Below, piece after piece: positions 11,707 through 24,919 of a DNA stretch of 64,000 nt (the stretch's first letter is position 1; each line of letters opens with the position of its first letter). This DNA is from Octopus sinensis (taxonomy: Eukaryota): the NCBI RefSeq assembly GCF_006345805.1, contig NC_042997.1, forward strand, positions 134,292,001 to 134,356,000. The letters are read 5' to 3'. A program made the translations under genes and the position numbers. The notes under the pieces are model-generated. The model did no database searches. It was not told where the DNA came from and worked only from the letters and a program-made list of their open reading frames with translations.

Positions 11707-11976
11707 GAATGAGGAAACGAAGGAAACGGAGAAATTGTCTTGCAGATCTCAGTTTATTCAAAGATACTCAAGTCCATATAATGAAATTCCATTCCTACAG
11801 TTGTTTCCTTACTCAGTTAGTTGACCTACAGGAATTAAATTAATTTAATTTAGTTTAAATTTTCATATTGAAACTGGTTAATTGTGTATTTCATCAGGGT
11901 CTTCACTTAACATTGATGCAGATTGGAGAGCTAGGATGCTAGCATCCCTCGAAGAATTATAGGCTCTTGACACAAT

Positions 11977-12055
<79 letters not shown>

Positions 12056-12109
12056 TGTGTGTGTGTGTGTGTGTGTCTGTCTGTCTGTCTCTGTGTGTGC
12101 GTGACTCGG

Positions 12110-12350
12110 CTGCGTGTTGTGTTCTTGAGCATGACACTTTATTTCACGTTGCTCTTGTTCACTCAGCTGTAGAAATGAGTTGCGAAGTTACAGGTGCCAA
12201 GCAATATCGACCTTTGCCTTTCCCTTCGATTACACAGATGGCGTGGAGAGAGGAGGTTGGTATGCATGGGCAAGTGCTGGTCTTCCATAAACATCCTTGC
12301 CCGGACTTGTACCCGGGAGGGTAATTTTCCTAGTGCAATCCATGGGAGTC
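12110..12350 (+). mobile_element. SINE body (same family as 29020-29390 on -)
   Basis: Shares CCTTTGCCTTTCCCTT.GAT.ACA..G.TGGCGTG.AGAG.GGAGG.TGGTAT..TGCTGGTCTTCC..GACTTGT with the other copy. Confidence 0.6.
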
Positions 12351-13476
12351 TCAGCAAATATACATATATGCATATTAAAAATTTAAAAAATCACAAATAA
12401 CAAAATATCAAAAGTCAAAAAGGACGTACACATGAAATGCATTAACTTGACGCTTCATCAGAAAGAGTACAATAGAACATAGCTGAGAAGAGGAAAAGAA
12501 ACGTGTGTGATTACATGATTGAAGTGACCGGAAAGGGAGAGATATAGAAAAAGTGTTTTTTTTAAGACAAGAGAAAGCGAAAATGGCCAACGTGTGTGTG
12601 TATTGTGTTCACGTGTGTGCTTGTGTTCACGAGGATGATAGATGCGAAAATGAGTGGTGTCGAACTCGTTGGTAGCAGCCGTTCGCTCTGATAGTGCGAG
12701 ACGAAGTGACGGATGTGTGTGGGAATCTGTTGCTATGGGGACGTATGTGTTTTTTTTGTGTGTGTGTGTGTGTGTGCTTGCGTATGAGGGGTGTGTGTAT
12801 GCGTGTGTTGTGTGTGCATGTGAGTGGCAGGGTGAAAAGTGTGTGAGTGCGTTGGTGCTACGGTGCGAATACGTGTTTGCGTGTGAGAGCGTGTGTACAT
12901 ATACATATAATTTTACCTTTTACTTGTTTCAGTCATTTGACTGCGGCCACGCTGGAGCACCGCCTTGAAGATTTTTTTCTTGTTTTAGCTGAATGAATCG
13001 ATTGCAGTAGTTTTTTTTAAAAGCCTTGTACTTTGTCTATCCACTCCTTTTGCAGAACCGCTAGGTTACGGACCTAAACACACTCACACTGATTGTCAAG
13101 AGGTGGGGGAGACAAACACACACGTACACACACACACACACACACGCACACATATATATATACGACGGGATTCTTTCAGCTTTCGTCAAGCAAATCGATT
13201 CACAAGGCTTTGGCCGACCAGAGTCTACAGTTGAAGGTGGTGAGTCCAGAGCCATACGGTTGGGAAGTTGGCTTCGTACTACACAGCCACGCCTGCGACA
13301 CACACACACACACACACACACGTAGGCTCGAAACATAAAATACTTTTTCTATTCCTCAGCGTTATACTAATACATCTGTTTGTTTTGTACACCACCTGTC
13401 TTCGTCTTTTGTTTTTTCGTAAACTCTCCCTACATATATATATATATATGTATATACATATATGTATATATGCATA

Positions 13477-13519
<43 letters not shown>

Positions 13520-13540
13520 TATATATTATATATATATATA

Positions 13541-13615
<75 letters not shown>

Positions 13616-13916
13616 GTTATTATATTTTTATTGTATTTGTATAACATTGTCCGCTTTTTCCGTCCTTGTTTTTGTATACATTCGCTGCCTTCTTCCAAGG
13701 AATCTAATGCTCTTAGCTTAGTTTATCCTTGGGGCTGGCCAGATTCGAGCAATCTCAAGTATAATCAGCCGAAATTGCGAAGATAATCTGGTACTGAGGA
13801 CTGAGGAAATAGATCTTCGAATGACTCGTCCTTGTTTTCTTTGTATCGTCTATCTGGATGTTTTGCTATCCAATTTTTGTATCACCTAACTGTCCGGATG
13901 TTTTGCGTTCTTATCC

Positions 13917-13975
<59 letters not shown>

Positions 13976-14296
13976 AAATGGGACAAGAACGCATATTCAT
14001 ACACACACATATACACATAATTGTATTTAGTGAACCCAAGTCAGTGATATACTTATAGATGTTGGTCATAAGTCGTTGGGTGTTCCTCTTTATGGCTGAG
14101 TATTATATACACTAAATATGGATGAGAAAGAAATGTAAGATTCTATAATTTAAACACACAAAACACATTGTGACAATGATGAAGTATGGAGCTTGACCTC
14201 TATCTAAATATCTGGAGATTTACGTTTGATGGTGTAGTTACATAATCTTTGCAGATACTGAGCAGTCTCTTCCTCATGCATACATACATACATACA

Positions 14297-14325
<29 letters not shown>

Positions 14326-14327
<2 letters not shown>

Positions 14328-14795
14328 GGTAGAAGCTATAGCTACTCGTAATAAAAAGAAGTACTGGTGGAATATTCCAGCGACAACCTCAATAAAATGC
14401 GGGCACAACAGATCTGATATAGTGATTTGGGATCGACAAGGGAATCTGTGTACAGTTGTAGAAATTAGCTGCCCAGCGGATATTGATATAAAGCTGAAGA
14501 TCAGTGAAAAAGAGAATACCTACACTGAACTATTGAGAAATCCGGATTACAAGTTCAGGTTTATACTTGTAATTATTGGGGCCTTGATATGTAACACACT
14601 GCTTAAATATCAATCTTGAGAAATTAGGCTTCTCAAAACCAGTAAGGAGAAAACTAATTCGAAGACTACAGATCCAATCCGTCACTGGAACTGTAAAGTT
14701 GTATAAAACTTTCCAGAAGTTGATCCTTTAAATATTATTGATATGCAACTGTATGCATGAGAATACATACATAAAACAAAACATACAAAGCTTCA
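14326..14795 (+). mobile_element. R4/Dong-clade non-LTR retrotransposon 3' end (restriction-like endonuclease) in (TACA)n
   Basis: KCGHNRSDIVIWD..CTVVEISCPADIDIKLKISEKENTY..IIGAL, then LEKLGF..IRRLQIQSVTGTVK in another frame. (CATA)n lies on both sides. Confidence 0.75.
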
Positions 14796-14847
14796 CACAT
14801 ACATACATACATACATACATACATACATACATACATACATACATACA

Positions 14848-14881
<34 letters not shown>

Positions 14882-16076
14882 AAAACATATATACATACAT
14901 ACACACACAGACACAGACACAGACACACAGACACACACAGACACACACACAGACATGATGAAAGGCAAAGTCGACCTCGGCGGAATTTGAACTCAGAACA
15001 GTCACTCTGACTCACGATGCTCACACCTGCGGGCAGCAATCTCCGTTCCGATAGCCGTTAGCAGGGGGTCAATAACGCTGGAGGTCTCATCTGTCCCAGG
15101 CTCGATCATGAACCTGTCGGAAGGCGACCAATATCTTGACACATTGTTTTCTTATAATTTTATTCATTTTATTATGCGTCGTTTCTCACATCGAATAAAG
15201 CTTCCTTCTTTGTCCGTGTTTTTGTGAAACTACAACTGTTTGACATTTGTTCACACATTTCTTTTAACTGCGACTCCCCGTTCTTAGTATACTTCCGTTC
15301 CTCGCTCGTCTTTACATTTCTGAGTTCAAATTCCGCCGAGGTCGACTTTGCTTTTCATCCTTTCGAGGTCGATAAAATAAGTACCAGTTACGCACTGGAG
15401 TCAACGTAATCGACGTAGCTCCTCTCCACATATTTCAGGCCTTGCGCCTATAGTAGAAAAGATTATACTTCTATTCCTTGTCTCTCACACTCTTTCTTGC
15501 CTGTTATTTAATTCTTGTCAAAAGAATGAGAAAAAGCGACTAGCTGGTAGAGTCGTTACGGCGGTGGACAAAATCCCTACTCGTTGCGTTCTGTGTTCAA
15601 TGTCCGCCGAAGCCGATTTTTGCATTACATTCTTTCACGATTGATAAAATCCGTCACAGCCGGGAGTCGATGTAATATTTTATTTCATCTAGCTTCAGCT
15701 CACGAGTTGTGGCCATGCTGGGGCACCGCCATTTAGATTACTTCTCCTCCTAAAGTTTCAGTCTTTGTATCAATAGAAGAAAAAATTAAAACAATGAGAC
15801 GTATTATAAATGTATCTTTTTATATGTTCCAGCCGTTTGACTGCGTCCATATTGGTCACTTCTATGAAAGGTTTTTGTCGAACAAAACAATCTCATGACT
15901 TTTCAGTTTTAGTTTATATCCTAGTGATCCCATATGCCGAACCGTTAAGTTGGAGACGTAAACACACCAACACTGGTTGTAAAGCGGTGATGGGGGACAA
16001 ACACAAACAGTAGATACACACACACACACATTCACACACATCCACACATACACATATACACATATATATATATGTG

Positions 16077-16107
<31 letters not shown>

Positions 16108-16116
<9 letters not shown>

Positions 16117-19034
16117 CATGGGCCCTGGCCCGAAAGTCGTCCCGAACAGGCGGGTCAGGTACTCCTCGTCGACGTCCAGGTTCGCCCCGAGCTCGTCGTC
16201 GTACCTCCCCTCCACTAAACCCCTATAGAATGCTTTGGTTGTGTTGAAGTCACTTAAGGTCGACCCAGGACGGCAGAGTTGCTTGAGAGCAACGCGACAC
16301 TCGCGGTGCCATTCGCCCTTCCTCGGCCTCTTTTTGATCCACGACTGCAGTTCGGTCATGGAGACGAGCTGCGGGAAAGCGTGCCTCACAAACGGCGACC
16401 ACACCTGTTCACCGTCGTCTACATAGAGCCAGAGATGTCGCAGTCTCAGCGCGTGTCTGCGCATCATCAACCACGGCATGCCCAGCCCTCCTTTTAACGG
16501 GTGTTGACAGCAAATGGATCGCCTGACCATCGGGACGCATCCTTTCCACAAGAAGCGAAAGAGGATGCGTTGTAGTTTGGTAATGGTAGGGTCGGGACAA
16601 GGTACGACGGTCAGGCGGTAGTAGATGACGGACGCGATGTACGTGTTCGCCACCTCCGCTCGACCTTTTAGGGACAGTTTCCTCTCGGCCCATTGCCGGG
16701 CGAGAGTGACCACCCTACTCGTTATCTCGTTCCAGTTCTTCTCCACTTGGAGGTCCGGACCGAACCAGACCCCGAGCAACTCAACCGGGCCGTCGGTCCA
16801 GCGTCCCACGACGGAGGCGCTGGTGGACGGCATGGGCTTGCTTCTCCAGGTGCCTAGTCGCAAGCCCACTGACTTTTCCCGGTTGATTTTCGCTCCTGTC
16901 ACCGCTTCGTAGTTTTTCAGTGTCTCGCCGACCAGCTCGATGTGCTCGTGGCTAGACACTATGACGGTGACGTCGTCCGCGTATGCAGACACGCTCGTCC
17001 CGCATCCCAATTCTCGCGGGATGCCCCTTAGAGTCGCCAGCTTCCGCAGTAGTGGCTCAAGAGTCAATACGTATAGAAGCGCCGAGAGGGGGCATCCCTG
17101 ACGGACCGAACGTGCAATGTCGAAAGGTCTCGATAGATGTCCATTTACGCGAATTACCGAACGGATGCCTCTGTACAAGGCAGCTATCCAGCCGCGGAAG
17201 ACGGGACCGAAACCAGCCGCTCTCAGGACTGCCTCCAAGTATCGATGGTCTACCCTATCAAAGGCTTTCGATTGATCCAAGTTGATCAGGGCCCCACCCA
17301 TGCCAGGTTCGTTAACTACCCTGTCTATGATGTAGCGCATCAGATGGAGGTTGTCATGGATGGTCCGGCCTGGCACGGCGCATGTTTGCGCCTTGTCGAC
17401 CAGTTTCTCGATGACAAGCGCCAACCTCTTGGCTAGCACTTGGCCAAAATTTTCAAGTCTGCATTAAGCAGAGTGATGGGCCTAAAGTTATCTATTACAT
17501 TTCCCTTGTTTAGATCTTTCTTCAGCAGTGTTACGGCTCCTCGGCTCACAAAACCAGGAATGCTCCCGTTTTGCTGCCAGTTGCAGTACACCGCCGCCAA
17601 GAGATCTCCAAACAAGTCTGACATTCAATTGTAAAGCTCGTAGGGTAGACCATCCAAACCCGGTGATTTGTCCCTCGAGCATTCTGCCATCGCTTCCCGC
17701 ACTTCCGCCGCCGTGATGGCACCTTCGCAGCACCCTGCCTTTCTTGTCGAGAGTCGTGGTAGGCTATGTAGGTAGGCACTGAAGTCCACCCTACGTTCTT
17801 GCCCTCCACTCGTTCCGAACAGTCGGGCAAAATGCTGCTGAAAGGCCTCACACATTTTACTTGGCTCGAGCAATTCGCGCCCCTGTTCATCTACCAGTGA
17901 CCGAATGGTGGCTTTGTTGCCCTGTTGCGCCTCTGCCACCCGGGCCTCTCTCGCGGCTCCAACACCTTCGTTCCTTAGAGCACGCATCCTAGCTCTGACA
18001 GCACATCCTTCGTGTTTGGCGTTGAAGTGTTGGTCGAGGGCCAACCTCGCCGCCAAAACGTCGGATGCGATGCCGCTTCTAATTGCCTCTTCTAGCTTCT
18101 TAACTAGCTCACCCTCTACTCTATTTCTATCTATGGCTAGTGCTTTGCTGTACCTAATCGCTTCTGCTTTTACTGCTCTCTTGAGGGCAAACCACCATTT
18201 GTTGTTGATGATGGCTCCCGTCAAAGCCCTCTTTACTAGTGTGCTAATCCGGTCTCTGAAAACTTGTCTCGATGGGAAAGACGCGTTTAGTTTCCAGTAT
18301 CCGGGACCCTGCCTAAGTGTCTTACCTAAGTCTAGCGTACATGTCACAAGTTTGTGATCCGTGTAGCTGACTATGTGGAATTGTGGACATCCTATGCTAT
18401 CTCTATCTACTGTCCTACACAGTATCCTATCTAGATACGATCTCGACGACCCGATGCGGTTGCTCCATGTCCACGTTGGCGCATTCGGGTGGTCTAGTCG
18501 GAACCTGTCAGACAGTTGAAAGCGTCTGAGCAGGTCTCTGAGGCATTTGCATCCCCGTCTATTCCTATCTCTACCCACGTAGTCTACATGCGTGTCCAAG
18601 GTAGCATTCCAATCCCCCACTAAGAGTAAAGGACGAGACGTTCCCAAGAAAATTTCTAGACGTTGAAAGAAATCCGCCCGACCTGTTAAGGGCGGTGCGT
18701 AAACTGATACGAGTCGAAAAGCGCACCCATTGCTGCCGTCGACATCCAGGACGACCAGTCTACCCTCCGGGTCTACGAATATTGTCCTTACATTGAGATC
18801 CAGACTCTTGTGAAAAAGTACCGCGGTGCCACTACCGCCCATTCTCGGCAGACAGGGGGAAAAATAAATGTTGAACTGTCCGCCAAACATGGTCTTTAGG
18901 GCCCGCGGATTGTGGAGTCTGGTCTCGCTTATGGCTATGATTTCTAACTTATGTGACTTTATGTCATTTAAGAGGTACCCTTGTTTCCAAGGGGACCCCA
19001 AGCCACGCGCATTTACACAACCAATCTTGATCAT
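16108..19034 (-). pseudogene. LINE ORF2 (APE endonuclease + RT), disrupted
   Basis: APE motifs NARGL, ISETR, GDWNA, SYLDRI, TDH; RT motifs DQSKAFDRVDH, RQGCPLS, YADD. There is an in-frame TGA at 17625-17627 and a 1-nt deletion near 17440 (AAG TG CTA for AAG GTG CTA). Confidence 0.92.
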
Positions 19035-19065
19035 AGTTCTAATGAATTAGAATACAGAGGGTTAC

Positions 19066-21069
19066 TTACTGCTCGAAAGTTTTTGCTTTCTCCTCCGTTG
19101 GTTTGTCCTCGAGAAGATCCCAGTACAGTTTCTTTGTGAGATATTTTTGGCATTTACCAACCGCACTGGGGAAAATGCCTTTGAGTGTGTGGTGCAGACT
19201 TTTGGAGATGTGTAATATTTTGATGTGGTCTGGTGGTGTTGTGTATGGGTGATTGTTTGTTTTTATGTCATCTTCTGTTATGTTTGTTTTTGATTGGATG
19301 TATTCCATCAAATTTGTGTTTTTGGTGTCTATGGCTGTGAGCATGTTTGCTGTATATGTTTTTGTGGTGTTGGTGTGGCTGTTGTTTGCGTTGGGTTTTG
19401 AAATGTCTTCGGGAGATGTATTTCCCCCTGCTTTGTTCGTGTTTGCATTTGGTTTGGTTGTGTTTCTGCTCTTTATTTTCCTTCTTTTTGTAGCTATTTG
19501 CCATTCCTCACTGCTTTCGTCTTCCGACGAAATTTCTGAGGAATCAGAAGGGGGTAGGGGTATGTTGTGGGCTTCTATGTATGTCTGTGTAAGTGGTTGT
19601 GTTGTTGTTTTCGTTGTTGTTGGTTGTTGAGTGTTTGTGTGTGTTGAGTGCGGTATAAGGGATGGGGGATCAGTTTGTGTGTGTTTTCTTTGTTTTTCTG
19701 TTCCTTTGGGTTTTGCTGTTGATGGTGGTGTTGGTATTTTTTCAGGTGTCGAGTGGTTTTTGGTTGATGACGGATTAGCTTGGTGTGCTTCTCTTGTCTT
19801 CTGTGTTGATGGTGGTGTGGGTAGTAGAGCTTTTTTTCCGGAGTGCTTTGGTTGTGGTAGTGGTTGTTGTTGTTGCTCTTGGTGTGCAGTGGTTGGGCAC
19901 GTCTTTTTCAAGTGTGTTTCGCTTCCACACAAATAGCAGCGTGGTCGCCTGCCCTCTACCACTATATAGAGTTTGTAGCCTCCTGGCAGTTCTATAGCGG
20001 TGGGTATCTTCTCTCTTGCTGCTTCATCCAATTGAAGCAGGAATTCGATTGATTTGCCCACATAGTCTTTCTCTCCTAGAACCGCGATTTCCAGGATGTT
20101 TGTCTCTGACATTGTCTCTGACATTTCAAAGCAGATGGCAGAGACCAACCATTGTGTTTCGACATCAAATGGTATGTTTTTTATTTGGACTTTCGTGACC
20201 CTTTTGTTTAAGTAGACTGGTATCATTACCAAGTCGTCCGAATGCAGCTCCAACGTGGAAAAACGTTTTGCTAAACTTTCGTTGAGGAAACGTACTTGGA
20301 CTGTACCAAATTTGTTTCCCCAACTGATATATTCCTTGGAGTCCCATACAGGACGAAGGCATTTATCGATTTTTTCCTGCGGTGCATTTTCTGTTCTTCT
20401 TGTTGTTTTGTTTATTACTTTATAAATTATTGTTTTTTTGTGTGTGTTTTCCACGATGTGTTGTGGAATATGAAGGTGCAATTTGTCTCCTTCTTTGGAG
20501 AAGAGTGCCTTTGTGCGGTTTATCTCTTGTGTGGTGAATGTTACAATTGTTCTTTTTTGTTTTGTTACGTCCGCAAAATTCGTTTTGAATTTGGCAGTAG
20601 AAGTGTTAATTGTGGCAGTGTTAATTGAAGTCATGGTAGTGGTGTTGGTGTTGGCGGTATTAGCAGCAGAAGGCTTGGATGTAGCATTTGACGTCGTAGT
20701 AGTGGTGTTGGTGTTGGCGGTGTTGTCTTTGGTAGGCGGCTTTGTGCCAATTTCGTTGTTGTTGTTGTTGGTGGTGATGGTGGTGGTGCTGGCATTCATG
20801 TTTTCGTTTGTATTCATTTTTGAAATCCCTTTCTCTGTCCCTTTATCATCAACAAGTGGTGTGGGGAGTGAGGGGAAATCTAAGTTAATGTCTTTGGTCG
20901 CGGCGATGGTGAATGCGACGTTAGATTTGTTGTTGTTGTTGGTGGTGGTGATGGTGGTGACAGCGGTGTTCACGCTGCGATGTTTAGCAGCTAGTGGTAG
21001 CAATAGTGTTTTGCTACCGTTCTGCATGACTGGCGGGCTAGCCACGTGGTTTCTAGTTGCCATTTTCAA
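19066..21069 (-). CDS. LINE ORF1 gag-like protein (667 aa)
   Basis: Open frame with a T/N-rich N-terminus, an RRM-like centre and the CCHC knuckle CYLCGSETHLKKTC. It stops 31 nt before the ORF2 ATG. Confidence 0.85.
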   Translation of the reverse strand: MKMATRNHVASPPVMQNGSKTLLLPLAAKHRSVNTAVTTITTTNNNNKSNVAFTIAATKDINLDFPSLPTPLVDDKGTEKGISKMNTNENMNASTTTITTNNNNNEIGTKPPTKDNTANTNTTTTTSNATSKPSAANTANTNTTTMTSINTATINTSTAKFKTNFADVTKQKRTIVTFTTQEINRTKALFSKEGDKLHLHIPQHIVENTHKKTIIYKVINKTTRRTENAPQEKIDKCLRPVWDSKEYISWGNKFGTVQVRFLNESLAKRFSTLELHSDDLVMIPVYLNKRVTKVQIKNIPFDVETQWLVSAICFEMSETMSETNILEIAVLGEKDYVGKSIEFLLQLDEAAREKIPTAIELPGGYKLYIVVEGRRPRCYLCGSETHLKKTCPTTAHQEQQQQPLPQPKHSGKKALLPTPPSTQKTREAHQANPSSTKNHSTPEKIPTPPSTAKPKGTEKQRKHTQTDPPSLIPHSTHTNTQQPTTTKTTTQPLTQTYIEAHNIPLPPSDSSEISSEDESSEEWQIATKRRKIKSRNTTKPNANTNKAGGNTSPEDISKPNANNSHTNTTKTYTANMLTAIDTKNTNLMEYIQSKTNITEDDIKTNNHPYTTPPDHIKILHISKSLHHTLKGIFPSAVGKCQKYLTKKLYWDLLEDKPTEEKAKTFEQ

Positions 21070-21294
21070 AATGAAAAATGGCTAAAAAACCCACGAAAGT
21101 TTTGAAAGTTTTTTTGTAATTTCGCCCATACAGGGGCGGAATTCTACGTGAATAATTCTCAGGTTTTTTAGTGAATGAACTTGCACAACGATTAAAACAA
21201 AATATTTGACAACAAGGAGTTTTAAACATGTAAAAGTGGCCAACTTACGTGGAGCCGATATGACTAGCGTCCGTCCATTGTGATAGATAGATAG

Positions 21295-21801
21295 AGATCC
21301 CTGGCCTGGCAGTGCTACCGAGAAGCGCTACCCGTTCGGGATAAGCTCTACAGACACGGCTCGAGAAACACGGGGCCGACCTGCCCGAGATGCGGTCAGA
21401 GCGACGAAACCGTTCTGCACGCACTCGTTCAGTGTCCAACAATTTCCGACCTGTGGGCTTATGTCGAACAACTGCTGCCACGTGTGGGACGAGTCGGTTT
21501 ATCAGCTGAGTCTATCGTCAATATTGTCACGCCTCCTTCCTTCAAACGGGAAGGAAGAGCTATTTTCATCATCCTTGTGGCTATGGCGAAGGAATGTATC
21601 TGGTGGACGCGTCTGAAAGGATTGGAGACAAACACTTTCCTCTCTGGTCAATCTCTCATCAACTTCTTCAAGTACCACTTGAAAAGGAAAGTGAGAGTAG
21701 AGAGGCAAGTTTTGTCTAGCGAATGTTTTAAAAAAAGATGGGTGAATGTAGCAAGAATGGCACGTATGAATGACGAAGCCACCTTGAGCATAGTCCTATG
21801 A
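21295..21801 (+). pseudogene. LINE ORF2 C-terminal zinc-binding domain (non-inverted segment)
   Basis: RSLAWQCYREALPVRDKL..TCPRCGQSDETVLHALVQCP..continues in frame into the 21484-21801 ORF. Confidence 0.88.
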
Positions 21802-22005
21802 ACCCAGAAATCGAAAACAGAGAGTTGCTTATTTGCAAAAAAAAAAAAAAAAAAGAAATATAAAATGTGACTTCATTGACCGAGGTTACCGTGGTCTTTT
21901 CCGTAGGCTTTTCTTTCCACGGGTAAACCTCACCTGTCCCCCCCTTTACACTTCATATTGACATTTCTGTGATAACGATCCCTATTGATCAATTTTTTTT
22001 CCTCT

Positions 22006-22036
<31 letters not shown>

Positions 22037-22218
22037 AACCCCCCTTTTTTTTGTCCTCCCTCTCTCCTTTTACGATCCCTTTTGATCGAAACTCCCCCTT
22101 CCTTTTTTTTTTTTTTTTTTTTAAACCTTCAAAAGAAAAGCTCTACCTTGTAATTTGTTCTATCTGTGTGCAGCCCTGTGTGGCTAATAAAGAAACATAT
22201 CTATCTGTCTATCTATCG

Positions 22219-22250
<32 letters not shown>

Positions 22251-22251
22251 G

Positions 22252-22308
<57 letters not shown>

Positions 22309-23364
22309 ATATATATATATATACATGGCTTGGTCTGTCTATTAGTATGTGTGTGGTCTCTGTAATCTGTCCAACCCTCAAAAGAAAGCACGAATGGAAC
22401 AATAGCATCCACAACACCACATTACGCAACATCAGGACTACAGACAGAATGGGGAAATATATAAATAGTATAATACATAAATCCATATACATATACATAC
22501 GAAAGACACACACACACACACACACATACCTGAGACGAAATGGGAAGGAAAAAAGATAAAAAAGATTAAAATGATTAAATAAATGAAAAAATGGAAGTAA
22601 AATCTATACAAAAGGCACGGATACAAACAGTATAAAAAGCAAACACACACACACACACACAAAACACACATGCCAAACACATAGACAAGCGTACACACAC
22701 GCACGCACACACACAGATATAGACGTAAACGCATGCGCGAATATGTATTCACACCATAGAAAGACAAAATGGACTAAAAATATTTTTCTGTCGCCCAAGA
22801 TTTTATCCTGTTTTATCACTTATCTTTTATCTTTAATTTGTTTCAGCCAATTGGTTGCGGCCATACTGGGGCACCATATTGAAGAATTTTAATCAACGGA
22901 TCGATTCCCAATACATTTGAAAAATTTAATGTTGGTATGTATTCTATCGGACTCGTTTACCGAACCACTAAGTTACGGGTACATAAACACATCAATACCA
23001 GTTGTCAAGCGTTTGTAGGGGACAAACACACACACACACACACATGTACGCACACATACACACACACATACACGCTTACAAACTGATGCACACATACTTA
23101 CGCACATAGACGACGAACTTCTTTCAGTCTCCGTGTACCAAATCCACTCACAAGGTTTGAGTGGGTCTAACTCTATAGCTGAAGACGCTAGCCTCAGGTG
23201 TTACACAGTGGGAATGAAACCAGAATCACTCCCTATTCAGATTTGTCTTGTATCTTTAGTGTCAAATCTACTTCAATGTAAAATACCAATAAACTTGAGT
23301 GCGCGATACATGAGTCTGCTCAGTGTAGCCACTAGCAGTATGTTTTCTTTAAAAAATAAATAAA

Positions 23365-23615
23365 ATAAACACACCCTTTTAAAGCCTAGCCAGGCTCATG
23401 GGCCTGGTTTCCCGGTTTCTATGGCGTATGTGTTCCCCAGCTAGACGGGACGCCAGTCCATCGCAGCGTTACTCATTTTTGCCAGCTGAGTGGAATGGAG
23501 CAACGTGAAATGAAGTGTTTTGCTCAAGAACACAACGCGTCGACCGGTCCAGGAATCGAAACCACAATCTTATGATCATGATGCTGACACCCTAACCACT
23601 AAGCCATGCGCCTCC
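23365..23615 (-). mobile_element. tRNA-derived SINE with a V-domain-like core
   Basis: GGAGGCGCATGGCTTAGTGGTTAGG head, GGTTTCGATTCC B box, GATGGACTGGCGTCCCGTC core. Confidence 0.75.
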
Positions 23616-23960
23616 ACTGTATGTTTTCTTTACCGTTTAAAATGCCCCCAGGCAAAAGCAGACATTCACCATCGATCGAAGGGGATTAAACTTGTTCAAC
23701 ATTTCCTGATTGTTCTGATATTGTACAGATAAATTTAAACTTTTGTATCATAGGAGAGTATATAAGCTCGTAATCGACGTAAGGTTAAGTAAACGTCACT
23801 GCAAAATCATTTACTAATACACGCACAGTATTATTATAAGGTGTAGATAAAAGTTCATCGATTAAGAATTTTTTACGATTAAAAGTTACTTTTTAAGATA
23901 AAGGGAAACCTTTTACGGAAAGACGGTGTCCAAGCATAAAAAAGAAAGAACATATTTACA

Positions 23961-24040
23961 TCCCTATTGCCATTTCAGGGGTTCATCAACGTAGTCAATG
24001 CACAAGGGTACATTACGGTAATGACTTCTACATCAGGGGA
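23961..24040 (-). ncRNA. Decayed HHR (family E)
   Basis: The core reads CTGATGT and helix III reads TGGCAA, so both deviate from the right-arm copy. Confidence 0.6.
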
Positions 24041-24041
24041 A

Positions 24042-24217
<176 letters not shown>

Positions 24218-24506
24218 TGTTTTTTCCTTCTTTCTTCAAATTTTCTTCCGTTTCTCGCCGAGTGTTTTCCATACACTTAGGGCAGAGAAGGGCATTGCAT
24301 GCATTCCCAGATTACACGCGCAAATTCACAGATAAAATATGTATTTAAAAATTAATAAATAAATACATTCATGGATGGATGTTATTTTCACAACGATAGT
24401 GCTCTTCTCAGTACATGAGCCGTTCTAGTTAATACGATTTTTTGCACTTCCTGTAGGGGTGGTAGTAATCCTGGAATCATTATTATTATTATTGTTGTTG
24501 TTATTA

Positions 24507-24558
<52 letters not shown>

Positions 24559-24566
24559 CATTATTT

Positions 24567-24646
24567 TCCCCTGACGAAGGAGTCATTACCGTAATCAATC
24601 CTTGTGCATTGACTACGTTGATGAACCCCTGAAATGGCCATAGGGA
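24567..24646 (+). ncRNA. Type I hammerhead ribozyme (family E)
   Basis: TCCC-CTGACGA-(agg agtca...tgact...cct)-GAAA-TGGCCA-TA-GGGA; triplet AUA. Confidence 0.82.
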
Positions 24647-24919
24647 CTGTAAATATGTTTTTTTTTGCTTGGACACCGGCTATTCGTAAAAGGTTTCCCT
24701 TTATCTAAAAAGTAATTTTTAGTCGTAAAAAATTCTTAATCGATGAACTTTTATCTGTACCTTATGTATTCATATGTTTCTTATATATACGTATTTTTAT
24801 ATATTTATTATTCTAGGTTTTATAATGTTTAATAAAACATTTTTTAGACGCTGAAGTATTAATTTTTTATATTTTTTATATTGCGATAGACTGTACTCAC
24901 TTTTTTTTTCATTCCGTCT

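Larger units (their letters stand above)
16114..22197. mobile_element. Full-length Tx1/L1-clade LINE with a 5' inversion, inserted in (GATA)n
   Basis: The 5' UTR, ORF1 and most of ORF2 lie on - (21294 down to ~16114). The ORF2 C-terminus, 3' UTR and AATAAA (22186) lie on + from 21295. (ATCT)n flanks both ends. Confidence 0.92.

Noticed and set aside
11790-11905. Minus-strand CTGATGA..GAAA-CAACTG-TA
   Set aside because: Helix I is only 2 bp, the ~90-nt helix II does not pair, and the palindrome is imperfect.
19253-21085. Plus-strand hydrophobic ORFs
   Set aside because: They are antisense shadows of the low-complexity LINE ORF1.
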